A stretch of 54,666 bases of DNA from Actinomycetota bacterium. GTDB taxonomy: Bacteria; Actinomycetota; CADDZG01; JAHWKV01; JAOPZY01. The stretch is from NCBI GenBank assembly GCA_036495025.1, contig DASXNO010000196.1:1-54666 (forward strand), in the 5' to 3' direction. The notes beneath the pieces were generated by a model. The model had not been told where the DNA came from. It did not search any database and worked only from the letters and a program-made list of their open reading frames with translations. Within the stretch, counting starts at the first letter, position 1. Each line of letters begins with the position of its first letter. Of the stretch, positions 38,038 through 46,659 are shown in pieces. The position numbers were made by a program, and so were the translations under genes.

Positions 38038-38808
38038 GTGCCGACCTACCGCCTGCACGTCGCGTATGACGGCGCGCCCTACCACGGCTTTGCCCGCCAG
38101 AAGGAACTCACGACCGTCCAGGGCACCATCGAGGACGCCCTGGCGAAGCTGCTGCGCACCCCGGTCGTCACCACGGGCGCCGGCCGCACCGACGCCGGAG
38201 TCCACGCCCTCGGGCAGGTGATGTCGTTCACCGTCGGCGACCCGGTCGACGACGTGGCTGCCGTCCAGCGCCGCCTCAACGCCCTCTGTGGCCCGACGAT
38301 TGCGGTCCTGGAGCTGGCCGAGGCGCCCGCCGGCTTCGATGCTCGCTTCTCCGCCGCCTCGAGGACCTACGAGTACGCGATCTTCACCCGCCAGGTCCAC
38401 GACCCCTTCTCCCGCCACGTCGCCTGGCACCATCCCCCGCCCGGGCCGGGCCACGAGCTCGACGCCGGGGCCATGCACGAGGCCGCCCAGTCGCTGCTCG
38501 GGACCCACGACTTCAGCTCGTTTGGCCGGGTCCCCGAGGGCGCCACCCCCGTCCGGAACCTCCTCGCCATCTCGGTCGAGCGCACGGAGGACCTCGTGGT
38601 CGTCCGGGTGACGGCCAACGCCTTCATCCAGCAGATGGTCCGCTCGATCGTCGGGACGCTGGTGAAGGTCGGCGAGGGCGAACACCCGCCGGGCTGGGTC
38701 GCCGAGGTGCTCGAGGCCCGAGACCGTGCGGCCGCCGGCCCGGTGGCGCCCCCGCAGGGCCTGTTCCTGGTCGAGGTCGACTACCCCGAGGAGCTCGTCC
38801 GCGGTTAG
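38038..38808 (+). CDS. truA: tRNA pseudouridine(38-40) synthase
   Basis: Contains YRLHVAYDGAPYHGFARQ and GAGRTDAGVHALGQV. Confidence 0.93.
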   Translation: MPTYRLHVAYDGAPYHGFARQKELTTVQGTIEDALAKLLRTPVVTTGAGRTDAGVHALGQVMSFTVGDPVDDVAAVQRRLNALCGPTIAVLELAEAPAGFDARFSAASRTYEYAIFTRQVHDPFSRHVAWHHPPPGPGHELDAGAMHEAAQSLLGTHDFSSFGRVPEGATPVRNLLAISVERTEDLVVVRVTANAFIQQMVRSIVGTLVKVGEGEHPPGWVAEVLEARDRAAAGPVAPPQGLFLVEVDYPEELVRG

Positions 38809-38851
38809 CGACGCCGCGTTTTGCCATGCTTCAGAACGCTGGTATAAACAT

Positions 38852-38894
38852 CTGTGAGTATATTCTGTTGTACAACAACAGTATTTACTCACAG
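38852..38894. repeat. AT-rich 43-nt imperfect palindrome (20-nt arms, 2 mismatches, 3-nt loop) between convergent truA and the GNAT gene
   Basis: ctgtgagtatattctgttgt-aca-acaacagtatttactcacag. It may be a bidirectional terminator or a protein-binding site. Confidence 0.8.
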
Positions 38895-38930
38895 TTCCAC
38901 AGGTGCCGTCGCATAGTGCCGGTTCCCGGC

Positions 38931-39376
38931 CTACAGCCGCAGGACGAAGGCGAGGCCCTCGGCCATCCCGGCGGAGCGGTAGAACTGGTGGGCACCCCAA
39001 CGGTGCGCGCCGCTCTCCAGAGCCAGCTCGTGACAGCCGGCCTCCCGGGAGCGCCGGACTGCCTCCTGGAGCAGGGCCCCGCCGACCCCACGCCGGCGCA
39101 CGGCCGGGTCGACGATCAGGTCCGGGATCCAGCTTTCCGGTCGGGGTTGGCTCAGGGGCTCCGGAAGTGCAGCGAGCAGAACCCCACGATCACCCCGTCG
39201 ACTTCCGCAACAAGGTGGCCGCACGACGGATCCTCGATCTGAGTCCGGTAGATCGACCGGAACTGTTGCTCGTTGCCGCCGTCGAGCGGGGTTCTGCCCA
39301 GCTCTGTCAGGAGCCGGGTGACCGCCTCGAAGTCGTCGGGCGTCGCCAACCGCGTCGTGATCACTGGGGCCTCCAT
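38931..39376 (-). pseudogene. GNAT-family N-acetyltransferase disrupted by a frameshift
   Basis: The N-terminal half (39376..39152, MEAPVITTRLATPDDFEAVTRLL...VDGVIVGFCSLHFRSP*) and the C-terminal half (frame -1, ...PEPLSQPRPESWIPDLIVDPAVRRRGVGGALLQEAV..., ending at 38931) lie in different frames. The junction is near 39150-39165, at ttccgg/agcccc. Confidence 0.65.
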
Positions 39377-39391
39377 TCGGGGCCTCCATTC
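39366..39391. repeat. perfect 13-bp tandem duplication spanning the GNAT start codon
   Basis: ggggcctccattc occurs twice (39366-39378 and 39379-39391). On the minus strand this gives ATGGAGGCCCC twice. The upstream copy supplies both a second ATG (39389) in another frame and a GGAGG ahead of ATG 39376. Confidence 0.9.
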
Positions 39392-39466
39392 AAGGAAGAT
39401 AGGGCGCCTCGAGGAGCCCCGGGCCGAGAGCGAGGCATACTGGAGCGCATGGTCATCAGCCCCCGT

Positions 39467-39495
39467 TTGACGCTTTTCCTGTCCGCCTCTAGCAT
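39467..39495 (+). promoter_or_regulatory. candidate promoter for rplM-rpsI
   Basis: TTGACG (39467-39472), a 17-nt spacer, then TAGCAT (39490-39495). The same two hexamers occur upstream of groES. Confidence 0.45.
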
Positions 39496-39504
39496 GGCGT
39501 AGCT

Positions 39505-40002
39505 TTGTCTACTCCTGCGGGTGAGCTTGTGAATCCCCCCGCCCCGGCGACGACTTCTCCTGAGGAGCGCGTGTGGTGGGTGGTCGACGCGAGCGGCCAG
39601 GTTCTCGGCCGCCTCGCCGCTGAGGTCGCGCACGTGCTCCGGGGCAAGCACAAGCCCACCTTCGCCCCCCACCGCGACGAGGGGGACTTCGTGGTCGTCG
39701 TCAACGCCTCGAAGGTGACCCTCACCGGCAACAAGCTCGGCGCCAAGGTCTGGTACCGGCACTCCGGCTATCCGGGGGGCCTGAAGGCCATCGGGTACGA
39801 GAAGCTGATGGCGGAGCGGGCAGACGTCGCGGTCGAGAAGGCCATCCGGGGCATGCTGCCGCACAATCGGCTCGGGCGCTCCATGGCCCGCAAGCTGAAG
39901 GTCTACAAGGGCCCGACGCACCCGCACGAGGCGCAGAAGCCGCAGCCGCTGGCGGTCAACAAGAGCGTCGGTACCGGCGCGAACCACACCAACGAGAGGT
40001 AA
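39505..40002 (+). CDS. rplM: 50S ribosomal protein L13
   Basis: Contains [33 protein letters not shown]. The start is uncertain. TTG 39505 sits almost at the predicted TSS. GTG 39529 gives an N-terminal length closer to typical L13. Confidence 0.93.
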   Translation: MSTPAGELVNPPAPATTSPEERVWWVVDASGQVLGRLAAEVAHVLRGKHKPTFAPHRDEGDFVVVVNASKVTLTGNKLGAKVWYRHSGYPGGLKAIGYEKLMAERADVAVEKAIRGMLPHNRLGRSMARKLKVYKGPTHPHEAQKPQPLAVNKSVGTGANHTNER

Positions 40003-40011
40003 GGGGAGTCG

Positions 40012-40410
40012 ATGGCGGTTGCGGAGCTGTCCCGGGCGACCGGGCGACGGAAGGAAGCGGTGGCCCGGGTCCGGCTGGTGCCGGGCGAGGGCAAGTTCAT
40101 GATCAACCGCTCCCGCAGCCTCGAGGACTACTTCCCCAACCTCGCCGTCCGCATGACGATCCTCGAGCCGTTCCGGCTCGTGGGCCGGGAGAAGGCCTAC
40201 GACGTGTTCGCCCTCCTCGAGGGCGGCGGCAACACGGGGCAGGCCGGGGCCATCCGCCACGGCATCGCTCGTGCCCTCATCGAGCTCGATCCGGAGCTGC
40301 GGCCCCCGCTCAAGCGGGCGGGCATGCTCACCCGGGACGCCCGGGCGAAGGAGCGCCGCAAGTACGGACTCAAGAAGGCCCGCAAGGCACCGCAGTACTC
40401 AAAGCGGTAG
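40012..40410 (+). CDS. rpsI: 30S ribosomal protein S9
   Basis: Contains [18 protein letters not shown] and [19 protein letters not shown], ending [12 protein letters not shown]. Confidence 0.97.
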   Translation: MAVAELSRATGRRKEAVARVRLVPGEGKFMINRSRSLEDYFPNLAVRMTILEPFRLVGREKAYDVFALLEGGGNTGQAGAIRHGIARALIELDPELRPPLKRAGMLTRDARAKERRKYGLKKARKAPQYSKR

Positions 40411-40447
40411 GCGGCCATCCCGGAGCGCCACAGGAACCGGCACTAAG

Positions 40448-41839
40448 TTGGGCCGCCTGTTCGGCACGGACGGCGTCCGGGGCATTGCCAATGTCGAGCT
40501 GACCCCGGAGCTCGCCCTGCGGCTCGGCCGCGCGGCGGCCACCGCCTTTCGTTCCCGGCACCGCCGTCCCTCCGTGCTCATCGTCCGAGACACCCGGCGC
40601 TCGGGCGACCTGCTCGAGGCCGCCCTGTCGGCGGGGCTGCTCTCGGCGGGCTCCGACGTCTATGCCTGCGGCGTCCTGCCGACCCCCGCCGCGGCGTTCC
40701 TGGCACCTGACGCCGGCGCAGACGCCGGCGCCGTCGTCTCTGCCTCGCACAATCCCGCCGCCCACAACGGGATCAAATTCTTCGGGCCGGACGGCTACAA
40801 GCTCAACGACGACGAAGAGGAGGGCATCGAGGCCCTCATGGAGCGCTCCGGTAGGTTGGGGAGTCCCGAGGGCTCCCTCAAGGCGCCGGATCAGAATCTG
40901 GTGCTCGGGGCAGACGTCGGCCGCATCCTCTCCCTGCCCGACGCCGAGGACCGCTACGTCGCCCACGCACTGCGCTGCCTTGAAGGCAGGCGCCTCGAGG
41001 GCATCAGGGTGGTCGTCGACTGCGCCAACGGGGCGGCCTACCGCACGAGCCCGCGCGCCCTCGCCGAGGCGGGGGCGGAGGTGGTCCCGATGAACGTCGA
41101 ACCCGACGGGATGAACATCAACGTCGACTGCGGCTCGACCGATCCGAGCAGGCTCGGCGAGGCGGTCGTCCGCCTGGGCGCCGACGTCGGGCTCGCCCAC
41201 GACGGCGACGCCGACCGGGTGCTGGCGGTGGACAGCCGGGGCGACCTCGTCGACGGAGACACCATCATCGCCATCCTCGCCACCGAGTTGCACGAGGCCG
41301 GTCGCCTGCCCGGGGACCTCGTGGTGACGACGGTCATGGCCAACCTCGGCTTCCGTGTCGCGATGGCGGCGGCGGGCATCGGCCTGGTCGAGACGGCGGT
41401 CGGCGACCGCTACGTCATCGAGGCGATGCGCCGCCACGGCGCTGGGATCGGTGGCGAGCAGTCTGGCCACGTCATCCTCTCCGACTGCTCGACCACCGGG
41501 GACGGCCTGATCACGGGGCTGCGCCTCCTCGCGCGCATGGCGGCGACCGGCCGGCCGCTGTCGGAGCTGGCCAGGGTCGTGGAGCGCTACCCCCAGGTGC
41601 TGGTCAACGTCGCGGTCCGGGACCGCTCCGCGCTGGGCGGCGCCGCGAGGGTCTGGGAGGCGGTCGAGGCGGTCAAGACCGAGCTGGGCGACCTCGGCCG
41701 GGTGCTCGTCCGGCCGTCGGGGACGGAGGCGGTGGTCCGGGTGATGGTGGAGGCGTCCGAGTCCGCGACCGCCGAGCAGGCGGCGGCGACGATCGTCGAT
41801 GCGGTGCTCCGGGACCTCGGGGAGCCTGCCCAAGCTTAA
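40448..41839 (+). CDS. glmM: phosphoglucosamine mutase
   Basis: TTG 40448 gives (M)GRLFGTDGVRG. The active-site loop is SASHNPAAHNGIKFFG. Confidence 0.94.
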   Translation: MGRLFGTDGVRGIANVELTPELALRLGRAAATAFRSRHRRPSVLIVRDTRRSGDLLEAALSAGLLSAGSDVYACGVLPTPAAAFLAPDAGADAGAVVSASHNPAAHNGIKFFGPDGYKLNDDEEEGIEALMERSGRLGSPEGSLKAPDQNLVLGADVGRILSLPDAEDRYVAHALRCLEGRRLEGIRVVVDCANGAAYRTSPRALAEAGAEVVPMNVEPDGMNINVDCGSTDPSRLGEAVVRLGADVGLAHDGDADRVLAVDSRGDLVDGDTIIAILATELHEAGRLPGDLVVTTVMANLGFRVAMAAAGIGLVETAVGDRYVIEAMRRHGAGIGGEQSGHVILSDCSTTGDGLITGLRLLARMAATGRPLSELARVVERYPQVLVNVAVRDRSALGGAARVWEAVEAVKTELGDLGRVLVRPSGTEAVVRVMVEASESATAEQAAATIVDAVLRDLGEPAQA

Positions 41840-41967
41840 AGTTGGGCCCGAACCGCACCGATAAGATGACTGGATTGAGCTGGTGGTTTCAGCTCGGGGG
41901 GAGTGCGAGCGCCAGACCTCCGCGTGCGCGACGCCACGAGGCAACCAAGGCAAGGAGTAGTCCGGCC

Positions 41968-44900
41968 ATGTGCGGAATTGTCGCTGTCATGCGGAGGAGC
42001 ATCGACCGCCCTGCGCCGCAGGCGCCGGCGGTCCTCGCCTCGGCGGAGGAAGCCCGGGAGATCACCGCTTCGGCGCCCACCGACCTCATCGAGCTGGCGG
42101 CCGCACTCGAGCGGTCCGCCGCGCTGCTGGCGGGGATCGACGAAGACCTCCGGGGCACGCCGGGGCTCAGGTTCCTGATCGAGGCGTCCGAGGCGGCCCC
42201 CGCGCTGGACAAGGTCATCGGCGGGATCGAGGACGAGGTGGCCGTGATCGAGGCCGCGTTCGACCGGGCCGCCGCCACCCTGCCCGCCAGCACCCCGGGC
42301 GCGGAGATGGAGTCGGTCAATGCCGGGCTCATTCACCTGAAGGACCTGTGCTGGGCCATCCGCCACGACCGCCTCCAGACCGCCGCCGAGGTCGCAGCCC
42401 TGGCCGGGCCGTCCGCCAGTCCCTCGGCCATCGAGGCCTACGCCGCCATCGAGACCGCACTCTCGGCGCTCGACCGCCTGGAGTTGCGTGGCAGGGACTC
42501 GTCGGGGCTCCACGTGCTCGTCGACGGGCACGGCCTCGACCTCGACGACCCCGCCATCGCCGGGACGCTTGCCGCCCGGGGCGCCGACCGGCTCTTCACG
42601 TCCGGGTCGGTTCGCCACCCGCTGGGGCTCCTCGCCTTCGTCTACAAGGCGGCGAGCGAGATCGGCCGGCTTGGCGACAACGGGCGGGCGCTCCGCTCCG
42701 CCATCGCCACCGACGATCTCCTGAGGAGGTCGCTGCAGGCCCCCGGTGTCACGGTGATGGTGCTGGGCCACACCCGCTGGGCCAGCGTAGGTCTGATCAA
42801 CGAGGCGAACGCCCACCCGCTCAACCACGAGGAGCTGCGTGCCGAGCGCAGGGACGCTCCCTATGTCGTCGGAGCCCTCAACGGCGACGTCGACAACTAC
42901 CGGGACCTCGTCGAGCGCTACAGCCTGTCGATCGCCGACGAGATCACCACCGACGCCAAGGTCATCCCCGCCCTCGTCTCACGCCGGCTGGACACGGGCT
43001 CGACCCTGGAGGAAGCCTTCCGCGCCACGGTCAGCGAGTTCGACGGTTCCGTTGCGATCGGGGCCGTGGCGGCGCAGAGTCCGGCCAGGCTGATGCTGGC
43101 GATGCGCGGCAGCGGCCAGGCCCTCTACGTCGGGTTGGCGCCGGGCCAGTTCGTCGTGGCCAGCGAGCCCTACGGGGTCGTCGAGGAGTGCCCCCGGGCG
43201 CTGCGGATGGACGGCGAGTCCACCGTCGACGGCGGCGGCAATCCCGTGCCCGCGGGCCAGATCGTCATCCTCGACGCGACCCTGGCCGGGCAGGAGGCCG
43301 GGATCACCCGCCTGTCCTACGACGGCAGCCCGTTGCCGGTGGCTCCCGGGGAGTTCCGCCCCGCCGAGATCACCACGCGTGACATCGACCTGCGGGGCTA
43401 CCCGCACTTCCTCCGCAAGGAGATCGAGGAGTCGCCGGTGTCGCTGCGCAAGACCCTCCGTGGCCGTGTGAAGCAGGTCGACGGGACCCTCTCGGTGAGC
43501 CTTCCGCCCGAGACGCTGCCGCCGCGGGTGGCCGAGCGTCTTGCCGATGGCAGCATCCGCCACGTGGTCGTCATCGGGCAGGGCACCGCGGCGATCGCGG
43601 GGTTGGGCGTCGCGGCTGCGCTCGGCGAGGCGCTGGCCCCCACCGGCCTCGCCGTCCGGGCGTTACCGGCCACCGAGCTGTCGGGGTTCGAGATGACCGC
43701 CGACATGACCGACGTCCTGGCCGTCGCCGTCAGCCAGTCGGGCACCACGACCGACACCAACCGCACCGTGGACCTCATCCGCTCCCGGGGCGCCGCGGTG
43801 ATCGCCATCGTCAACCGCCGCGGCAGCGACCTCAGCCACAAGGCCGACGGCGTCTTCTACACCTCGGACGGCCGGGACGTGGAGATGAGCGTCGCCTCGA
43901 CCAAGGCCTTCTACGCGCAGGTGGCCGCCGGACAGCTCCTCGGGCTGGCCCTGGCCGACGCCGCAGGCTGCGGGAACCCCGCCCGGGCCCACGAGCTCCT
44001 GTCGGGCCTCGTCGCCCTCCCCGAGGCGATGGCGCAGGTCCTCGACCAGGAGGCGCACATCGCGGAGCTGGCTGCCCGCCATGCGGCCCGCCGCCGGTCC
44101 TGGGCGGTCGTCGGCAACGGCCGGAACCTGATTGCCGCCCACGAGGTCCGGATCAAGCTCTCCGAGCTCTGCTACAAGGCGGTGGCCTGCGACACGACCG
44201 AGGACAAGAAGCACATCGACCTGTCCTCCGAGCCCCTCACCCTGGTCTGCGCCGCGGGCCTCAGCGGGTCGGCCGCGGACGACGTCGTGAAGGAGATCGG
44301 CATCTTCCGGGCCCACAAGGGCGCCCCGGTGGTGATCGTCACCGAGGGCGAGGGCAGGTTCGGCCCCGCTGAGGACGTGATCCAGGTGCCCCCTGCCCAT
44401 CCCAGCCTGGCCTACGTCCTCTCCGCAATGGCGGGACACCTCTTCGGCTACCACGCTGCCCTCGCCATCGACGGCCACGCCCTGCCGCTGCGCCGGGCGC
44501 GCGCCGCCCTCGACCGCAGCGTCGCCTCGGAGAGCGCCGATCAGCTCCTCGCCTCCCTGAGCGCCGAGCTGTTTCCGATTGCCGCCGACTTCCAGGAGCG
44601 CCTGCGTCAGGGCCACTACAACGGCTCGCTGGAAGCGGCGACGGCGGGCCGCATCGTGATGGCGCTGCAGTCGGTGACCGGCGCCGGCTCCTGGACCGCC
44701 GGTCACGGACGCCTCGCCGAGGTCGACGACTCACCCTCGGCCCTCCTGAACGAGCTCGCCGCCGCCCTGACCACCGGCATCGACGAGCTGACCCGCCCCG
44801 TCGATGCCATCAAGCACCAGGCGAAGACGGTCACCGTTGGCATCTCGCGATCCGACGAGTCCCTCCTCATCCTGCCGCTGGTGAGCGGCCTGCTGGCAAC

Positions 44901-45438
44901 GGGCGCCGAGCGGCGCCACCTCCCGTACGCGGTGCTTCGCTCCGTTGCCGCGCTCGACCCGGCCGTCGCCGAGGTGACCGGCTACACGCGGTACCGGATC
45001 GACGGCCGTCCGGACGACCCCACGGCGTCGATCTCGGTCGTGGACAAGGGCGGCGTCGCCGCCGGCGTCGCCTCCCGGACCGATCGCGACCACCGCCTCC
45101 GGGGCACCAAGCAGCTCGTCGCCCTGGAACGCCAGCCCCTCGCCGCCATCGGGCGCAGCGACGGGAGGAGCGTGCTGATCGTGCCGGAGATGGCAGGCGG
45201 CCTGACGGTGGGGCTGACGCTGCTCCACGTCCAGTTCCAGGACCGCCTCACCGCCGCTCAGGCCCGCCAGGTCCTCGACGGGTACCGCGGGAGGCTGGCG
45301 GCCCTGCGCAGCATCGTCACCGAGACCGAGGCGGTCTTCGACGAGAGCCGCCTTGCCTCCATCCCGACCGCGAACCTGCTGACCGACACCCTCGTCGTCC
45401 TGGCCGAGCACTGGCGAAGCCAGACCTCCGGACGTTAG
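41968..45438 (+). CDS. giant GlmS-like glutamine amidotransferase/SIS-domain protein (~1156 aa) at the syntenic position of glmS
   Basis: ATG 41968 is preceded by aaggag. It has an N-terminal nucleophile MCGIV, then HTRWASVG...NAHP, NGDVDNY and TDAKVI (class II GATase). It has two SIS-like blocks (SQSGTTTDT...SVASTKAF and GRNLIAAHEVRIKLSELCY). The large insertions are described in the findings. Confidence 0.8.
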   Translation: MCGIVAVMRRSIDRPAPQAPAVLASAEEAREITASAPTDLIELAAALERSAALLAGIDEDLRGTPGLRFLIEASEAAPALDKVIGGIEDEVAVIEAAFDRAAATLPASTPGAEMESVNAGLIHLKDLCWAIRHDRLQTAAEVAALAGPSASPSAIEAYAAIETALSALDRLELRGRDSSGLHVLVDGHGLDLDDPAIAGTLAARGADRLFTSGSVRHPLGLLAFVYKAASEIGRLGDNGRALRSAIATDDLLRRSLQAPGVTVMVLGHTRWASVGLINEANAHPLNHEELRAERRDAPYVVGALNGDVDNYRDLVERYSLSIADEITTDAKVIPALVSRRLDTGSTLEEAFRATVSEFDGSVAIGAVAAQSPARLMLAMRGSGQALYVGLAPGQFVVASEPYGVVEECPRALRMDGESTVDGGGNPVPAGQIVILDATLAGQEAGITRLSYDGSPLPVAPGEFRPAEITTRDIDLRGYPHFLRKEIEESPVSLRKTLRGRVKQVDGTLSVSLPPETLPPRVAERLADGSIRHVVVIGQGTAAIAGLGVAAALGEALAPTGLAVRALPATELSGFEMTADMTDVLAVAVSQSGTTTDTNRTVDLIRSRGAAVIAIVNRRGSDLSHKADGVFYTSDGRDVEMSVASTKAFYAQVAAGQLLGLALADAAGCGNPARAHELLSGLVALPEAMAQVLDQEAHIAELAARHAARRRSWAVVGNGRNLIAAHEVRIKLSELCYKAVACDTTEDKKHIDLSSEPLTLVCAAGLSGSAADDVVKEIGIFRAHKGAPVVIVTEGEGRFGPAEDVIQVPPAHPSLAYVLSAMAGHLFGYHAALAIDGHALPLRRARAALDRSVASESADQLLASLSAELFPIAADFQERLRQGHYNGSLEAATAGRIVMALQSVTGAGSWTAGHGRLAEVDDSPSALLNELAAALTTGIDELTRPVDAIKHQAKTVTVGISRSDESLLILPLVSGLLATGAERRHLPYAVLRSVAALDPAVAEVTGYTRYRIDGRPDDPTASISVVDKGGVAAGVASRTDRDHRLRGTKQLVALERQPLAAIGRSDGRSVLIVPEMAGGLTVGLTLLHVQFQDRLTAAQARQVLDGYRGRLAALRSIVTETEAVFDESRLASIPTANLLTDTLVVLAEHWRSQTSGR

Positions 45439-45446
45439 GTCAGGAT

Positions 45447-45466
45447 CGCGCGCCGGCGCGCGTTTT
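45447..45466 (+). terminator. intrinsic terminator after the glmS-like gene
   Basis: The GC palindrome cgcgcgccggcgcgcg (45447-45462) is followed by tttt and nested inside the outer pairing gtcagg/cctgac (45439-45444 / 45470-45475). Confidence 0.6.
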
Positions 45467-45493
45467 GCGCCTGACCTCGACTACGCTCCCCAC

Positions 45494-46624
45494 GTGACGG
45501 GACCGGGGGCGTTGGCGAGCGAGGCGGCGGGCGTCGTCGTCATCGTCCTGACCTCCGGCAGCGTCGCAAGGACCCTCCTGCTGCCCGGGAGCCGGGTGGG
45601 GTTCCTGCTCAGGAAGATCGACCAGGGCACCGACCGCGTCTTCCGGTTGATCGGGCACATGGTCTCCACGCACGAACGCCGGAGCCGGTACCGCTCCGTC
45701 CATGCCCCGGTGATCCTGGCCGCGCAGTTGTGGAGCTGGCTCGTCCTCTACTTCCTCGGCTTCGCCCTCCTGCTGTGGCCGCAGACCGGCCAGCTGAGCC
45801 GGGCGCTGAAGGAGTCGGGCTCCTCGCTGCTGACCCTTGGCTTCGCCGCCACGGGCCGCGGCACGGCCGTGACGATCGATCTCCTGGCCGCCGCGACCGG
45901 CCTGATCGTCGTCGCGCTGCAGATCGCCTACCTCCCGACGCTCTACAACGCCTTCAACCGCCGCGAGGCCGACGTGTCGCTCCTCGCGATTCGGGCCGGC
46001 CAGCCGGCCTGGGGGCCGGAGCTGCTTGCCCGGTCCCACCTCATGGGCGCCGTCTCGGAGCTGCCCCAGCTGTATGCGACCTGGGAGCGCTGGGCGGCGG
46101 AGGTGGCGGAGAGCCACTCGAGCTACCCCGTCCTGCTGCGCTTCCGGGCCGCGAATCCCCTCTCGTCGTGGCTCACCGGGTTCCTGGCGGTGCTCGACTC
46201 CGCAGCCCTCTACGCCTCGATCACCACCGAGGAGTACCCGCTCCAGGCCCGGTTGTTCCTGCGGATGGGGTTCGGGTGCCTGCAGCAACTCGCCGACACG
46301 GTCGGGATCCCCTACGACGCCGACCCCCGGCCCGACGCCGGGATCCGCCTCACCGAGGCCGAGTTCCAACGGGGCATCGACCGGCTCCGGGCGTACGACT
46401 TCCCCATCGGCCGGCCGCTCGAGGAGGTCTGGATCAACTTCCAGGGGTGGCGGGTCAACTACGAGTCCATCGCCTACACCCTCGCCTACCAGATCGACGC
46501 CCCACCAGCGCTGTGGTCGGGCCCCCGCCGCCACCCGACGCCACAGGTCGCCCCGCGGCGGCTCCTCGACCGCACACCGGACGACCCGGAGGGCGCCAAG
46601 CCGGCCAAGCCAGGGCGCTGGTAA
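45494..46624 (+). CDS. membrane protein of unknown function
   Basis: 376 aa with a GTG start. The N-terminal part has hydrophobic helices (LWSWLVLYFLGFALLLW, IDLLAAATGLIVVALQIAYL) and an SLLTLGFAATG segment vaguely reminiscent of a degenerate pore loop. The C-terminal ~200 aa look soluble. Confidence 0.6.
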   Translation: MTGPGALASEAAGVVVIVLTSGSVARTLLLPGSRVGFLLRKIDQGTDRVFRLIGHMVSTHERRSRYRSVHAPVILAAQLWSWLVLYFLGFALLLWPQTGQLSRALKESGSSLLTLGFAATGRGTAVTIDLLAAATGLIVVALQIAYLPTLYNAFNRREADVSLLAIRAGQPAWGPELLARSHLMGAVSELPQLYATWERWAAEVAESHSSYPVLLRFRAANPLSSWLTGFLAVLDSAALYASITTEEYPLQARLFLRMGFGCLQQLADTVGIPYDADPRPDAGIRLTEAEFQRGIDRLRAYDFPIGRPLEEVWINFQGWRVNYESIAYTLAYQIDAPPALWSGPRRHPTPQVAPRRLLDRTPDDPEGAKPAKPGRW

Positions 46625-46659
46625 GGGGCCCGCGCAAGGCCTGACCCGCCGGACCTAGA

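Noticed and set aside
41895-41967. Possible glmS ribozyme in the 128-nt leader of the glmS-like gene. It contains gAGCGCCAGAcCU, GACGCCACGAGG and CAACCAAGG, which resemble conserved glmS-ribozyme strings as I remember them.
   Set aside because: Only about 65 nt lie between the AGCGCC motif and the start codon, far shorter than the ribozyme. The nucleotides after AGACCU cannot form the P1 hairpin, because no GGC partner is present. It is worth one cmsearch with RF00234, but I do not claim it.
45494-46624. Calling the 376-aa membrane protein a potassium channel because of SLLTLGFAATG.
   Set aside because: The segment lacks the T-x-G-[YF]-G-D selectivity-filter consensus, and I cannot verify the fold by eye. 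It is left as a membrane protein of unknown function.
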